The notes under the pieces were generated by a model, which was given only the letters and a program-made list of their open reading frames with translations, was not told the origin of the DNA and did not search any database. DNA of 40,637 nucleotides from Dirinaria sp. TL-2023a. Lineage: Eukaryota. Position numbers and translations under genes: made by a program. Position 1 is the stretch's first letter. Each line of letters begins with the position of its first letter. The stretch is taken from contig JAVEBF010000045.1 of NCBI GenBank assembly GCA_051941275.1, forward strand, positions 1 through 40,637, in the 5' to 3' direction. Shown here in pieces: positions 24,950 through 36,577 of the stretch.

Positions 24950-27900
24950 ATGGATCCCATGTCTATCTTTGGCCTTGCCAGCAACGTTCTCCAATTTGTC
25001 GATTTCAGCTTCAAGCTCCTGAACAGCACGCAGAAATTATACATGCCAGCATCAGGAGTCTCCGGGCAATGTCAACATCTTGGTAGTGTCCATGTCAAGC
25101 TTCTGGAGTTCAGCACGGAGCTTGCGGATTATGAGACTTCTAGTGGCACAGTGCGTACCGCGTTCAATTGCCCCAGTAAATCTAGGAACGAGACGCATTT
25201 CAGAGAAGTAGCAAAGGCTTGCCAGCAGGACTGCGAAAGACTTCTGGTCATTGTCGAGAAGCTTAAAGTCGGAAGCGGTAAGAAGAGAAGATGGTGGTTG
25301 AGCTTCTCCAAGGCAATCCTCGAGGTGTGGGCATCCAAGGATCTTGAGGAGCTTAAGGCTCAAATCAACAACCATCGAAATGACATGACTTTAAGGCTCT
25401 GCGCAATGTCTTGGTGGGCCCTGCTTTGATGGACACATATCAGCTACTAACCGTACCCGTAGCGAAAATGTGAATCTTTCAATCACTGAACTACAAAAGC
25501 TAAAGATCGAGACTAACTCAGCAAATGAAGAAAGGCTGCAGCAATTCCATGTTTTGAGAGATTCCTTGGAAGATCTGCACCGCGAGATTCAGCACATCAA
25601 AGCCCAAGTGATTGACAACGAAAGATACGGTGTTCGCAGGGGATTGGAACAGGAAGAACTTGATTTGTTGACAGCAAAGACTGCTTCTTTGTCGCTCTCC
25701 GAACAGAACTTTGAAAAAGAAGAAGCCGTACTCTCTAGTCTAAACTTTCCGCAGCGAATCAGACGATACGAAGCCATTCCTGAAGCACATCAGAAAAGCT
25801 TCAGATGGATTTTTGACGGCCCTGAACAATCAAAGTATTCATCAGAGCCTCGATTTCGTGAATGGCTCGGAGTGAGTGGTAAGCCATTCTGGATCTCTGG
25901 TAGGCCAGGTTCTGGAAAGTCTACACTCATGAAGTTTCTTGCCAACGCGCCAGAAACCATGTCGTCTCTATCGTCATGGGCAAGCCCTAAACGATTGATC
26001 TTTGCTAGCCACTATTTCTGGAGTGCTGGCTCACCTATTCAGAGATCTCGGGAAGGCCTTCTACGCTCTCTACTCTACTCTTTCTTAAGTCAAGCTCCTG
26101 AAATGATAGCTTCGATATGTGGAAAGCTGTGGGAGAAAGATGCGCCCGGTCTGCATCACTATAGTTGGTCTTTCACAGACCTCGAAACATCCTTGTATAG
26201 GATTGCCAAACTCAACCAAATATCTGTTAAGTTCTGCTTCTTCGTTGACGGTCTTGATGAGTTCGAAGGAGATTCCTCTACCCTATCTCAGCTTCTGCTG
26301 GATCTTTCCCGCAATGCAGATATCAAGCTCTGTGTCTCGAGTAGGCCGTGGAATACCTTCGAAGATAGCTTTGGTCGAAACCCGATATACAAGCTCTATG
26401 TCCACGAACTAACACTAGACGACATCCAAATGTATGCTAAAAGCAGGCTGTTGGAGCATCCTAGATGGTCGGATATAGCTACTGAGGCAGGGCTAGTGGA
26501 AGATCTAGTTTTCGAAATCACAAGACGGGCCCAGGGCGTTTTTCTTTGGGTTTTTCTTGTGACGCAGCTACTTCGCGAAGGCCTCACTAACTACGATAGT
26601 ATAGCAGACCTCTGGAAAAGGTTGGAGAGCGTTCCTGTGGATCTTGAGCTATTCTTCAGACATATCCTATCATCCATTGAACCTTTCTACCACGAGAAGA
26701 TGGCTGGAACATTACTCATAGCGTTAAAAGCCGAACGTCCGCTTCCGATTGAGTTCTACAGTTACCACGATCTGGAATATTCGGACGAAAACTACGTTTT
26801 TCAACACGATCCACGGCCTTTGAGGGATCAAGAAATCAAGAATCTTCACCATTCGACTGCACGGCGTTTGAATGGTTGGTGCAAAGGTCTTATTGAGGCT
26901 CGGGATGGTGAGGTCGAATTTCTTCACCGAACCGTCAAAGACTTTTTACAGACAAGAGATATGATGGATTTCCTTAAAGATAGGAGTCGCCGCGGATTTC
27001 ACCCTAGCTTGTCATTGTGCCGGGCTTCTATTGCTTGGACGAAGGGTAGGAGATTCTTCAAGGAAGACCTGTGGAGCAAACACGCGCGTTGGAATGCTGA
27101 ACATTACACGTTCAGTGGCAGTATACATGAAATCTTTGAGTTTGCTGCATCTTTGCCTGGTGAAGCTGAATACCAAGATCCACTCGAGATTTTACTGGAC
27201 GATCTCGAAAGTTCTGCTCAAAAGATGTTTAAATCCGGTCAGCTGCAGGTCATCGCTTCTCACTCTACTAGAACGAGCGCCCAAGACGTCCGAACGTTTT
27301 ACCGGCAATTTGTCATCCATCATGATCTTAGTGACTACCTCTCTCGAAAGATAGCCTGCGATGCTGAGTATCTCGCCGACTCTGATCAACCTCCGCTGTC
27401 GATGGTGCTGCATGATTGGGTTGATGGGGCATTTGAAGAGCGCTATCTAGGACAATATCCTAATACGCTGGAATGTTTGTTAACACATGATGAAAGCCTC
27501 AATGAGCTCATTGCCGATGAACTTTCGGGAGCAACAACAACTCCGTGGACAGACTTTATCAATCACCTAATTGGTCAACTCATGAAAGCCCCAAATGGGT
27601 ATATTTTTGCGAACATACTCAATTCTGGATTGATTTCCTTACTCTTGCGTTATAATGCTGACCCTAACGCCTGCATTGAAGGACTTTCAAGCAAAGTATA
27701 CTATAGCCGGATCCCATTCTGGGTGGGATGGCTCTTGCTAATCTTCCATGTCCCAAATCTCTGGAGATGCCAAGATCAGTACCTACGTGATCTGGGACAG
27801 CTTTTTGAGGTAGGCGCTAACATTAAACTGATAAACTCACATGTGGATACAGAAATCGCATCCAAAGTTACTTCACTCTGGATGCTTTTCTGTAGCGAAC

Positions 27901-28247
27901 TTGACAAATTTGCAACCAAAATTGCCGGACTGGGCAACTTGGATGGAACGAATGACAAACAATTGGATTTCGTAGCTCACGTGCTTATAAAGTTTGCAGA
28001 GGCTGCAAAGAATGATGTTGTGGATTGGAATGCTACCGTGCCCAGCTTGCGCCGCTTATTTCCCCAGGGACAGCTCCGCAGAGTACTTGAAGCCATGAGC
28101 ATAAGCGTCCAGGCCGAGACCACACACATGAGGAAACGATTTCGAAGACCTACTCCAGATGCCGGCGACTCTTCTGCCGCAAAGAGACGGAGGGAATCAG
28201 TAGGTGGAGATGAGAGGACTGAAAGACAGCTTCTTGTTTCTGACTGA
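24950..28247 (+). CDS. NACHT-NTPase fungal NLR-like protein with N-terminal SesA/HeLo-like helical domain; one intron at ~25414-25462
   Basis: N-terminus MDPMSIFGLASNVLQFVDFS, typical of fungal STAND N-terminal domains; FWISGRPGSGKSTLMK (Walker A), CFFVDGLDE (Walker B), KLCVSSRPW, AQGVFLWVFLV, VEFLHRTVKDFL; degenerate ankyrin-like LLLRYNADPN. Confidence 0.92.
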
Positions 28248-28880
28248 TTGGAGCGCACGATATTCAAATAGTTCAAATGAGACATTCGCGGGGCACTCGA
28301 GGGTCGTTTGACTACCAGAATAATTCAATTTTTGTAGTGTACATGAATCAGTAGACGACTCTTGCGAGACTGCTCTTCCGTCGAAAATACAGAGCGGATA
28401 CTCGGATTCGTGTATGTGATAGAAAAGGGATAATAAAGTCAGCAAGGAAGAGCCTGTATCGAGAGGATGACTGTATACAACTTCAGCGCCGAGCATTTCG
28501 AAACCCAGTCTATCACTATTATCACCCGCTCTTGACTGTATACACGAGCAATCCCCGAGTACGCTAAGTATCAACTACAAACGTGAAGTGAATAACTAAC
28601 GCGAGAGTGAGCACTGATGGTAACACTAGAGATAGATATAATGATACGAACATCCCTCAGGCGCTCTATCGTACGCGCTCTTCGTTTCTAAGGGCTACTG
28701 TTTTCTCATAGATTTATCATTTGCGCGGCTCTCATTCTCCTTTCTTCTATTATCCTATCTCTATTCTTTTCACAAACGGCGCAAGCACTCGGCTGAGAAA
28801 ATAGCAAGCATGACAGCCATTGATACAAGGTGAGGAGGTTAGCAAGCAAGCAAGCATGTGTGTTGCACGTTTCGGGCAGG

Positions 28881-28916
28881 GACACACACACAAACACACA
28901 CTCTCTCTCTCACACA
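28881..28916. repeat. Compound (CA)n/(CT)n microsatellite
   Basis: gacacacacacaaacacacactctctctctcacaca. Confidence 0.75.
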
Positions 28917-28942
28917 GAGGCCTTTATAAAACTCGTCACACA

Positions 28943-29490
28943 TCAGGCAGATGATCTCCCATCCTTCGAAACGGTCAAGCTATGACCTTCAGTGCAGCAT
29001 TTGCCGGCTTTCGCTGAAAACTTTGTGATTGTGTAGTGAGCCTTGCTCATTCTAAGGCTCAATCTGAGCTGTAAAGACGGTACAGGCCACGAATGCAAAA
29101 CTCTCCCAAATAATAACTTACTTCGCTTCCATCAGGACAACAATGGCCGCTCGACTCGTGGTAACCTTTCTCACAGCACTTCCAACACCCATTTGGATCA
29201 TGCCCCGGTACAGGATTGCCACTACAGTTATGAGAAGTTGAAGGAAACTCTCAGTCTTTACGACAACAAATGTGATTCTGTTCGTTGAAGTCGGAGGTTT
29301 CTATTTTCCTCCTTCAATAAACAGTCCCAACACTCGGGCCCCTTTGGTCTGTTTTCCACACTATAGCCGGGGTCACAGTCAGGGGACCGCCCGTTGATGC
29401 CGTATCAGAGGGACACTTATCGGTCAGTGCGGTAGCAAAGGGGCGGGACTGAATGGCTGCGACAGTAATAACACTAATAGGTAGCCTCAT
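28943..29490 (-). pseudogene. Decayed gene for a probably secreted Cys-rich (CC-repeat) protein
   Basis: ATG 29490 MRLPISVITVAAI...DKCPS; apparent frameshift near 29405 into YGINGRSPDCDPGYSVENRPKGPECWDC; further ...HICCRKD*...GCWKCCEKGYHESSGHCCPDGSE|GTAAGT intron|FSAKAGKCCTEGHSL; TGA at 29314-29316 and 29251-29253 in the ATG frame. Confidence 0.6.
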
Positions 29491-31647
29491 GGTGATCAAG
29501 AAGAGACTATCAAGTATTCCATCCAAATCAAGTTTAATAAAACGGAATGTGATATAGAGCGTTGTGAGATAGGTTGCTGTATTCAAGTCTCCACGGAAGT
29601 CACTGAGGTCGTACGCGATATCGACGCAGTTGAGGAAGCCGGAGACGTGCTAAGGGTGCTTTACACATGTATCTCCAATGCCTACCAAAACAACTGCCAA
29701 ATGCATCTAGAAGGTCCATGCGATATGCTCACTAATGGAGCATATCGGGATGACCGAAGGCCTGACAAACCCTGCCCCTAGGTCAGCTGGCTGCAAGCAA
29801 TCCCACATACCTATATGCGCACTCATAAGTGGCAATGGCATCAACGGCATCATCCACGCAAGGCCGTCTCGGTATGCCCAAGACTGCATACAGGCCGCGG
29901 CATCTGCTAGGTACTGAAGTTTGACACTCACAATAGACTCCATTCTGGCGACGCGCACGTATCTACTCAAAGACAATCGAAGAGACTTGATACCAGTAAC
30001 AGCAAGCAACTCCGAGTTGTGGATCAACTGATCGAACAACACCTGGCGACTCTTGATATGCATGAAATGACTGATAAATGCATCCAAAATCAACGAACTA
30101 CATATGCAAAGAGACAAAAGTGCGTCGGCTTGAAATAGACGTTCAATTGACTCTCATATATGATGTTTTCTCCGCAGTATGCGCCTGAAGCAAGTGGGGG
30201 AAGCTCGATCGATACCAATAACGCTTTCACGGGATCGTGCCAGGGACACACCGCAGGCAGTAGAAAAGCAAGTAGTACTGGAGGCAGTATGACTCTGAGC
30301 GCGTCAAGCCTCGCTCAAAGTAACTGAACTCTGCCACAAACCGCGAGGGAGGCCGTACCTCAAGGTAGAGATGTGTGCCGCTGCCGCTAGGCCCTGATTT
30401 GGCAGAAGAGTAGCGACAGGAAGCATGTGGTTCCCCACGGAGCCGTGTCGATCTACAGAATGAGAAAAGCCTAAGGTACGTATGGGTACGGGTGATAGCC
30501 GTTAGCGGCCCACCCCGCTTAGATACAGGCGCTACAGTTTCATCGGCGCCTTTAGAAAACCCCAAGCGACACGCCAGTAACACAGCTTCGAGGTTTGAGC
30601 TGCATCGATGAAAGCACCTCGCGGTTTGCAGCAGAATCCGGATACTTTGTGCGGGCTTGGCGCATTTAGTGTCCTGGTCGACATGCAAAACGCGAAAGTT
30701 CAGAGTAGGTAATAATATGTACCTCAGAGAAGGTAACTTACCATGCACAGTGTCATTTTTGCTCGGCGTTGGCGGAATTTACTAATCGAAAGCTAATGCT
30801 CATGCAGGTAAAACATCATGAGTTCTGGCTAGCCCAGTGTTTCCGCATTCTTTGTCATCCAGGTGGCTATTACCACGGGTCTGTACCGATGTGCTTGGCG
30901 AGCATAGCATCCTAGGAGAGGAATCCGGACAATATGGATCCTGGAAGGTCCGCTAGGTGGTCTCCAAATCGTCGCACTAGCGGCGCCGATTGGAGTGGTA
31001 GTGGAAAAACACCGCGTGTACTCTGTTCGATCATCCATTCCCCTCAATGTCAAACATGGTGAAAGTCCCCGAATCCACGAAAGTCCTCAATCCCCGTGTC
31101 ATTGCCGTCAATGGTCGTATGGATTTCTCTGGTCATCTGCTCTCGACTGCATACACGAGCAGTCCCCAGTCATGCTGGCTATCATCCAAATATACCCGTA
31201 CCATGAGTGACTAATGTACTAATGAGCGCTATATTCGCATTGGACATATAGACAGATGCTGAGGGTCCGAGATAGCCAAAGAGACGTAGGCATGCATGAA
31301 GAGAATGCACAGAGGAAATTGAACAGAGGGCGGCTTTGACAACGTGGAATGCCTCTCACCCGATCTTTTCGGCGATGCCGGATAAAGAGCCATAATGAGA
31401 GGGACTATGCGGAGAAGTAAGAGCGCTTTGGACGCTTTGCATAGCCAGTAGATCTTTCGAGCTCGCGTATTCAGACCTATTCCCGACAGAAACTGCGGAT
31501 CCACGAGCACTTACTATCTCAAGGGTAACGTTGCTCCTGTCATGCATACACGAGAATAAAGAAGGATTGCCTAAGATCGTTGATTGCTGTCGGTCACGCA
31601 ATAGAACTCTCATGCTTGCTTCTTACTATGTCAGTGCTCTCGGTCAA

Positions 31648-31655
31648 TATATAAA
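31648..31655 (+). promoter_or_regulatory. TATA box of the small secreted Cys-rich gene
   Basis: TATATAAA ~140 bp upstream of ATG 31789. Confidence 0.6.
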
Positions 31656-31788
31656 GGCTACTGTCTCCATTCGAAACTGACAGTTTCTGTCCACAAGTCA
31701 TCAAGATTCATTAGAGCCATCATATAGCCATAACACCACTAGGCCTTGACCTCTCCATCAGAACCGTACGCATCCTGCATCAATCAAG

Positions 31789-32275
31789 ATGAAACACATC
31801 ACACTTATCGTCGCTGCGCTTCTTCCAGTCCTGGCAACTGCCAATCCTCTTGACATTACAGTCGTGTCATCGGGTCTTCAATCTCAATCTGGGGGGGAGT
31901 GTAGGGAGGACCTTCTTTATTGCGGTCACAATTTATTGGATAACCATGGTACGCCCCATGAAGTGTGTTCGCTTTAACGAGTAGCATGAAACGTCAAGAA
32001 GACGACTCAATCCTTGAAACTAATATATCTCAACAAAAATAGGTTTCAAGGAGGATCAACTGAAAAAGACCTGCACTGGGCGGTGCGATACCGAGTATAT
32101 CAGAGAATCCTTGTTCCTCTGCCAGGGAGATAAAAGAGTCGCATGGGACAGAGAGTGCATAGAGGGGTGCGACATCACGAATCCAACGCTCTCCGACAGG
32201 TGCTACTCAGGTTTGAAGCAAAACCCTGGCAAAAGCCACAATGACAACGAATTCCAAGTGAAGATTAACCTCTGA
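31789..32275 (+). CDS. Small secreted Cys-rich protein (130 aa, 8 Cys), effector candidate; exons 31789-31948 and 32043-32275
   Basis: Signal peptide MKHITLIVAALLPVLATA; intron GTACGC...CTAAT...TAG; spliced ECREDLLYCGHNLLDNHGFKEDQLKKTCTGRCDTEYIRESLFLCQGDKRVAWDRECIEGCDITNPTLSDRCYSG...KINL*. Confidence 0.85.
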
Positions 32276-33174
32276 GCGTTATTTTTCCAGCAGCAGTAAC
32301 ACGACGACAAGATCTCCAACCTCTCTCCGGCCTCGAATTGCACGAAGAGATCTTACGACAGAGCTTATGTCTTTCTTTTCAGGGTTTCACGAAAACTTGC
32401 CACTCTTTCAAGAAATAGAAAACGAATCCAATCCTTAAGAAGCTTCCAAAGGAAGAGAAACTAAAGGAATGGCCTTCAGTGCTCCTTTTGACACGCTGTG
32501 CCAACAAAAAACCCCTGTGTCTAATCAATTTGAACAGCCCCTTGAGCCCCCCTCTCAAACTTTTTCCAATCCTGTAAACGAACTCTTCCCGCTCCATCCC
32601 TTACGCCAGCCTGCTTGTCAGGGCGTCCCCGCTACCAGTCAATTTCTTGAGCTTAGAGACGAGATGCTTCGCTAACTTTGCGAACCTTCACCAATTGCCC
32701 ACAACAAATCATCTGAATACCCCTCAGAAGCCACTCCTTCAGATAGCATTTAAAACCCAATGAATACTTTGCAAACAAGTCCATGCGCGAAGAATCTTAG
32801 AACTAAACATTGAAATTGAGAAAGTAGATTACTAATGTCCAGAGAAGCAGGGACCCACAAATTTTTGCACCTCAAGGTAAAGTCGGCACGGCATCTTCAT
32901 CACAGAGCACAGTAAAATCCAGTCATTTCAATTACTTATCTTATAGTGCATAGCGAGATAAGTAGCGATGTACGTTGTTCATACAAGACGCGAGTACCTT
33001 AAGCATGTTGTTTCGCGAGACTGTTTTGGATGTTCCCATGAAGGCCCGCTAATATTGGAGCGGAGTTTTATTGCCCGATTGGGTTTAGCGCCCAAAGGGC
33101 TGATACTGCCGTGGGTACCGCAGCTACCTTAACGTATTTAGCATGCCCCAAGCACCTTAATACCTTACAGGAGA

Positions 33175-33235
33175 GTGCTACTCAAATGTACCTTACCTTA
33201 CTTACTCGCAGCACTACTGTAGGTAATCCAATGAG
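33175..33235 (+). repeat. Right copy of an imperfect direct repeat flanking the NLR/effector block
   Basis: gtgctactcaaatgtaccttac(cttacttac)tcgcagcactactgtaggtaatccaatgag; aligns with 24704-24758. Confidence 0.7.
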
Positions 33236-33396
33236 GTAGTACGAGTACATCAGCGTCGTCGGCCATGCCAAGACCGCACTAGAATAGCCGCACTGCCGCA
33301 TCACTCAATCGTGCATGAACTTCCCCGCCCGATATCTGCCAAGAAACCCCAATAGCCTCTACCGATGTGGCGCCCCACCACGGCACTGGTGAGGAC

Positions 33397-34821
33397 ATGT
33401 CGTCCATCGCCGAGACGCAAGCAAGGACGGAAAAAGAGATAGACTCGAAGTACAAGGCGGAGCATTCCCTGCAGCTGGCGCACCGCGAGTCCCAAGCCGC
33501 CAGGACCCTCCAGCGGACCTACCGAGGGCACCGCGAACGCCGACAGCTGGCGGGGCTGAGCCTGGATCCCTCGACACGATGGGTTGAAGCGATCAAGGAA
33601 GCTCAGTACCGTGAGCTCACGAGGCCCCGCCCACGCAGCTCTGCCAGCGGCCAGGAAAGCAGCGATGCCAGATCTTTGGAAGCGCGCCAGAGTTGGCGGC
33701 GCGTTGGCGGCATCGCTCGACGAGCTGGCGGGGATGCAAAGGACGATGAGAGTCACTCGTCTGGGCATGAGGGTGATACAGCTCAGAAAAAACCTGCTCA
33801 CCAACAAAAGCAGTCAAGCCCACGAGGAAATTCCACCCAGATGATGGACCTGTCCTACTTTCTGGAAATGGTTGATGTGAAGCACCGTTACGGCAGCAAC
33901 CTTCGAAAATACCATGCCGAATGGCAGAGAAGGGAGACCCATGAAAACTTTTTTTATTGGTTAGACTGCGGTGAAGGAAAAGAGGTGAGCCTCGAAAATT
34001 GTCCGAGGGAACGGCTCGATGCGATGCAAGTGCGGTATCTGAGCCGAGAGGAGAGGCTCAATTATCTCACCATGCCCGACGAGGAAGGGAGGCTGTGTTG
34101 GAAAAAGAATGGTATCAGGATAGACACGAGCGTTAAGTGGAGAGATTCGATTAATGGCATCGTTCCAGTGGACGATCCAACCCCAGCCTTTGATTCAGCA
34201 GCCCGAGGCACCCAAGTCCCAGCGGCCCCAGCAAATCCTTCGAGTGGATCAGAGAGCGGCGGAATCTTCGATGCGGATACCGAGAAGGGCGAGAAGAAAA
34301 CGACAGAAGTTCCACCTGAACAAATACTCAACCGACTAGTCAGGAAATCCTCGACGAAAAGCAAGTGGATCTTCGTAGCCGACACCTCGTATAATCTCTA
34401 TGTTGGCATAAAGCAGTCAGGTACTTTTCAACACTCCTCTTTCCTCCATGGCTCTCGGATTTCCTCTGCAGGCCTCATCAAGATCAGAGATGGTAAGATC
34501 AAGCTCCTTCAACCTCGTAGTGGTCATTACCGCCCTCCAGCATCCAATTTCCTTGCCTTCATTCACGCTCTTCGCGCTCGTGGTGTTGATATGTCCGCCA
34601 CGAGCGTCTCGAAAAGCTATGCCGCATTGGTAGGCATCGAAGGATACATGAAGGGCAAAAGCGCGTTAAAGGAGACAAAAGCGAACTTGAGTAGGATCAT
34701 GAGCCCGGAGAAACATCATGGAGGGGACCATCATGACAATAAAGAGAAAGAGGGGAAAGACGGAGGGAATAGGGAACATGAGGGATTTGCGAAGAGGCTG
34801 ACAGGCAAGCTGGGGATTTGA
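33397..34821 (+). CDS. IQ calmodulin-binding motif protein (plant IQM-like family), intronless
   Basis: IQ-like AARTLQRTYRGHRERRQL; YFLEMVDVKHRYGSNL, ENFFYWLDCGEGK, VRYLSREER, KWIFVADTS, FQHSSFLHG, SGHYRP are IQM-family motifs. First in-frame ATG is at 33397 (the ORF track opens at GTG 33367). Confidence 0.88.
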   Translation: MSSIAETQARTEKEIDSKYKAEHSLQLAHRESQAARTLQRTYRGHRERRQLAGLSLDPSTRWVEAIKEAQYRELTRPRPRSSASGQESSDARSLEARQSWRRVGGIARRAGGDAKDDESHSSGHEGDTAQKKPAHQQKQSSPRGNSTQMMDLSYFLEMVDVKHRYGSNLRKYHAEWQRRETHENFFYWLDCGEGKEVSLENCPRERLDAMQVRYLSREERLNYLTMPDEEGRLCWKKNGIRIDTSVKWRDSINGIVPVDDPTPAFDSAARGTQVPAAPANPSSGSESGGIFDADTEKGEKKTTEVPPEQILNRLVRKSSTKSKWIFVADTSYNLYVGIKQSGTFQHSSFLHGSRISSAGLIKIRDGKIKLLQPRSGHYRPPASNFLAFIHALRARGVDMSATSVSKSYAALVGIEGYMKGKSALKETKANLSRIMSPEKHHGGDHHDNKEKEGKDGGNREHEGFAKRLTGKLGI

Positions 34822-35075
34822 GGCATGATATGACGTCGCAATATTTACATGCATGAGCGAGGCGTTCCGGTCCAAGCTGCCGACGAATCATCGGAAGGTT
34901 TTCGGTATCTGGAGCCCTGTATCTGGAGTGAGGATTTTAATACAAGGCTAAAGTGACTCACTTCTTATCAGCAATAATATCACAGCGATACAGTATTCAA
35001 TACCAGACTATTCTCTAGCTCTGGCTTGGTCCCTGGTTCAATATACCAATTGTTGAACATGCCTACATTTATTAA

Positions 35076-36577
35076 TCATTCCATGTGATGGACCAATTGC
35101 TCGTAAATCTCGTTCGGTATCTTCCGTACGCAATTGACCGCAGCCTCAATCACCTTTTTCGCTTGGAGTTGAGGAAAATTTCGCAACATATTGCCTGGAC
35201 TGGACAAGAAATAGTCAGCTGCAGCTCATTAGCCAGCTAAGATGCCTAACACGCATGCGTACCTGGGGCTCGCCAACAACCGGTCTCTCATTAACATTAA
35301 TTGCGCGCAAATGCAGAGCACATTTAGATGCGGTCCATATGCGAACAAGAAATCCCACAGTTGCAATACCTCCGGCAGCGGCGGCGTACAAGCGCACATC
35401 GTCAGCACGCTTGCGAATGCATACACCTCCGCCTTCATGCCCTTACTGATCAGATGTGTAGACAGCTTCTGATCCACGATTGCAAGACATTTGTCAACAA
35501 GAGCAACACCACGATGCACACCGTCCATGGCGCCACGAACGTAACCAGGGCAGGACATTGTGATGAAGCGATGGAAGGCGACAAATGCTTCCGCTTCAGA
35601 GCGGGCAGCGTAAAGAAAAGGAGCGCAAAGAACATTCATGCCTTGCACGTAGATTCCCGGCTCGGATCCTCCAGCTTCAGATCCTTCCGTAGCGGTCGTT
35701 GTAGATGTGGTCTGAGCGTGCTTTACTATTGGCGAAGCATGCTGGAGCTCAGGGCTTCCTAGCTCGGTAGCGGCGTTGGTTAGACGGTTTGATTCAACAT
35801 GCGCATTCTTGGCGTCGTGCAGTTTCCACGCTATAGCGTTGAGTAGACGAATCAGGGAGGCCTCACTGACACGGCGCTTAAAGAGTGGATCTGTGGCTAG
35901 GGTGCGAAATGTGTCATTGCGTATTTTGGCGTAAGCTGGAGACGGGCCACGATGAATCAGAGAGAGATACGTGTCTGTCGAGAGGGTGGGTGCATTAAGG
36001 AGAATGAGCCAGATGTAGATTCGCAATTGAGACTAGACGTCGTCAGGCGGTCATAATGCGCTTCGCAAAATAATACTCTTACCATGCCATCATTATCTGC
36101 TTCCAGGCCGTCTTCCAAAATTAGATGTCGTAATCGCCGTAAGCTACCTCGAACATCGCCCTTCGTTCCGTGGCTGATGAGGGACTTCAGCTGGTCTTTC
36201 GGTGATTGAAAGGTAATTTGCCTTCTTGGAGGAGGAGGACGTGTTGTCATAACGTCAGTAGACAGTTTGTTTGTTGGTACAGCATCGCTATTGGAGCGTG
36301 TGCGGTGATGGGCCGGTTTGTTTGGCGAATGTTGAGGGGGAATAGGAGGAATGTGAGGTAGACCCTGATGCTGAGAGGAACTGGCATTGCGCTGCTGCTG
36401 GCGCTGCTGAGATATAAGCGAAGGTGCATTCAAAGCAGCGTAGTTTGACGATAATTGATGAGCCGATTGTAATTTGCGGAGGCCACGGGTACTTCGTGGG
36501 GAACTCAAGTGCTGAGCTGTATTGGAGGAAGTAGGAGATGGAACGTTGGAGGCTTGTTTAGCAGGTGAGCTGGTCAT
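35076..36577 (-). CDS. BUB2: Mitotic checkpoint/septation TBC-domain GAP Bub2 (Cdc16); 3 exons; an upstream in-frame ATG at 36646 is possible
   Basis: LRIYIWLILL, KIRNDTFRTLATDPLF, YVQGMNVLCAPFLY, CPGYVRGAMDGVHRG, AEVYAFASVLTMCACTPPLPEVLQLWDFLFAYGPHLN; last exon SPGNMLRNFPQLQA...LVHHME*. Confidence 0.93.

Noticed and set aside
28197..28574. 125-aa minus-strand ORF overlapping the NACHT 3' end as an NLR-partner effector (amyloid or gasdermin type)
   Set aside because: TTG start, no HeLo, gasdermin, lipase or amyloid-motif features, and the NLR N-terminus has no amyloid motif.
29251..29316. In-frame TGA codons in a Cys-rich frame read as selenocysteine or A-to-I-corrected stops
   Set aside because: Dikarya are not known to have Sec machinery, fungal A-to-I stop correction mostly targets UAG, and an accompanying frameshift points to simple decay.
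29600..31620. ORFs of 60-173 aa in the island interior (e.g. 30227-30748, 29707-30117) as genes or a recombinase/transposase
   Set aside because: Mostly non-ATG starts, no recognisable domain or catalytic motif, and no consistent splice model.
32379..32700. Short ORFs downstream of the 8-Cys gene
   Set aside because: No recognisable motifs; stop-interrupted.
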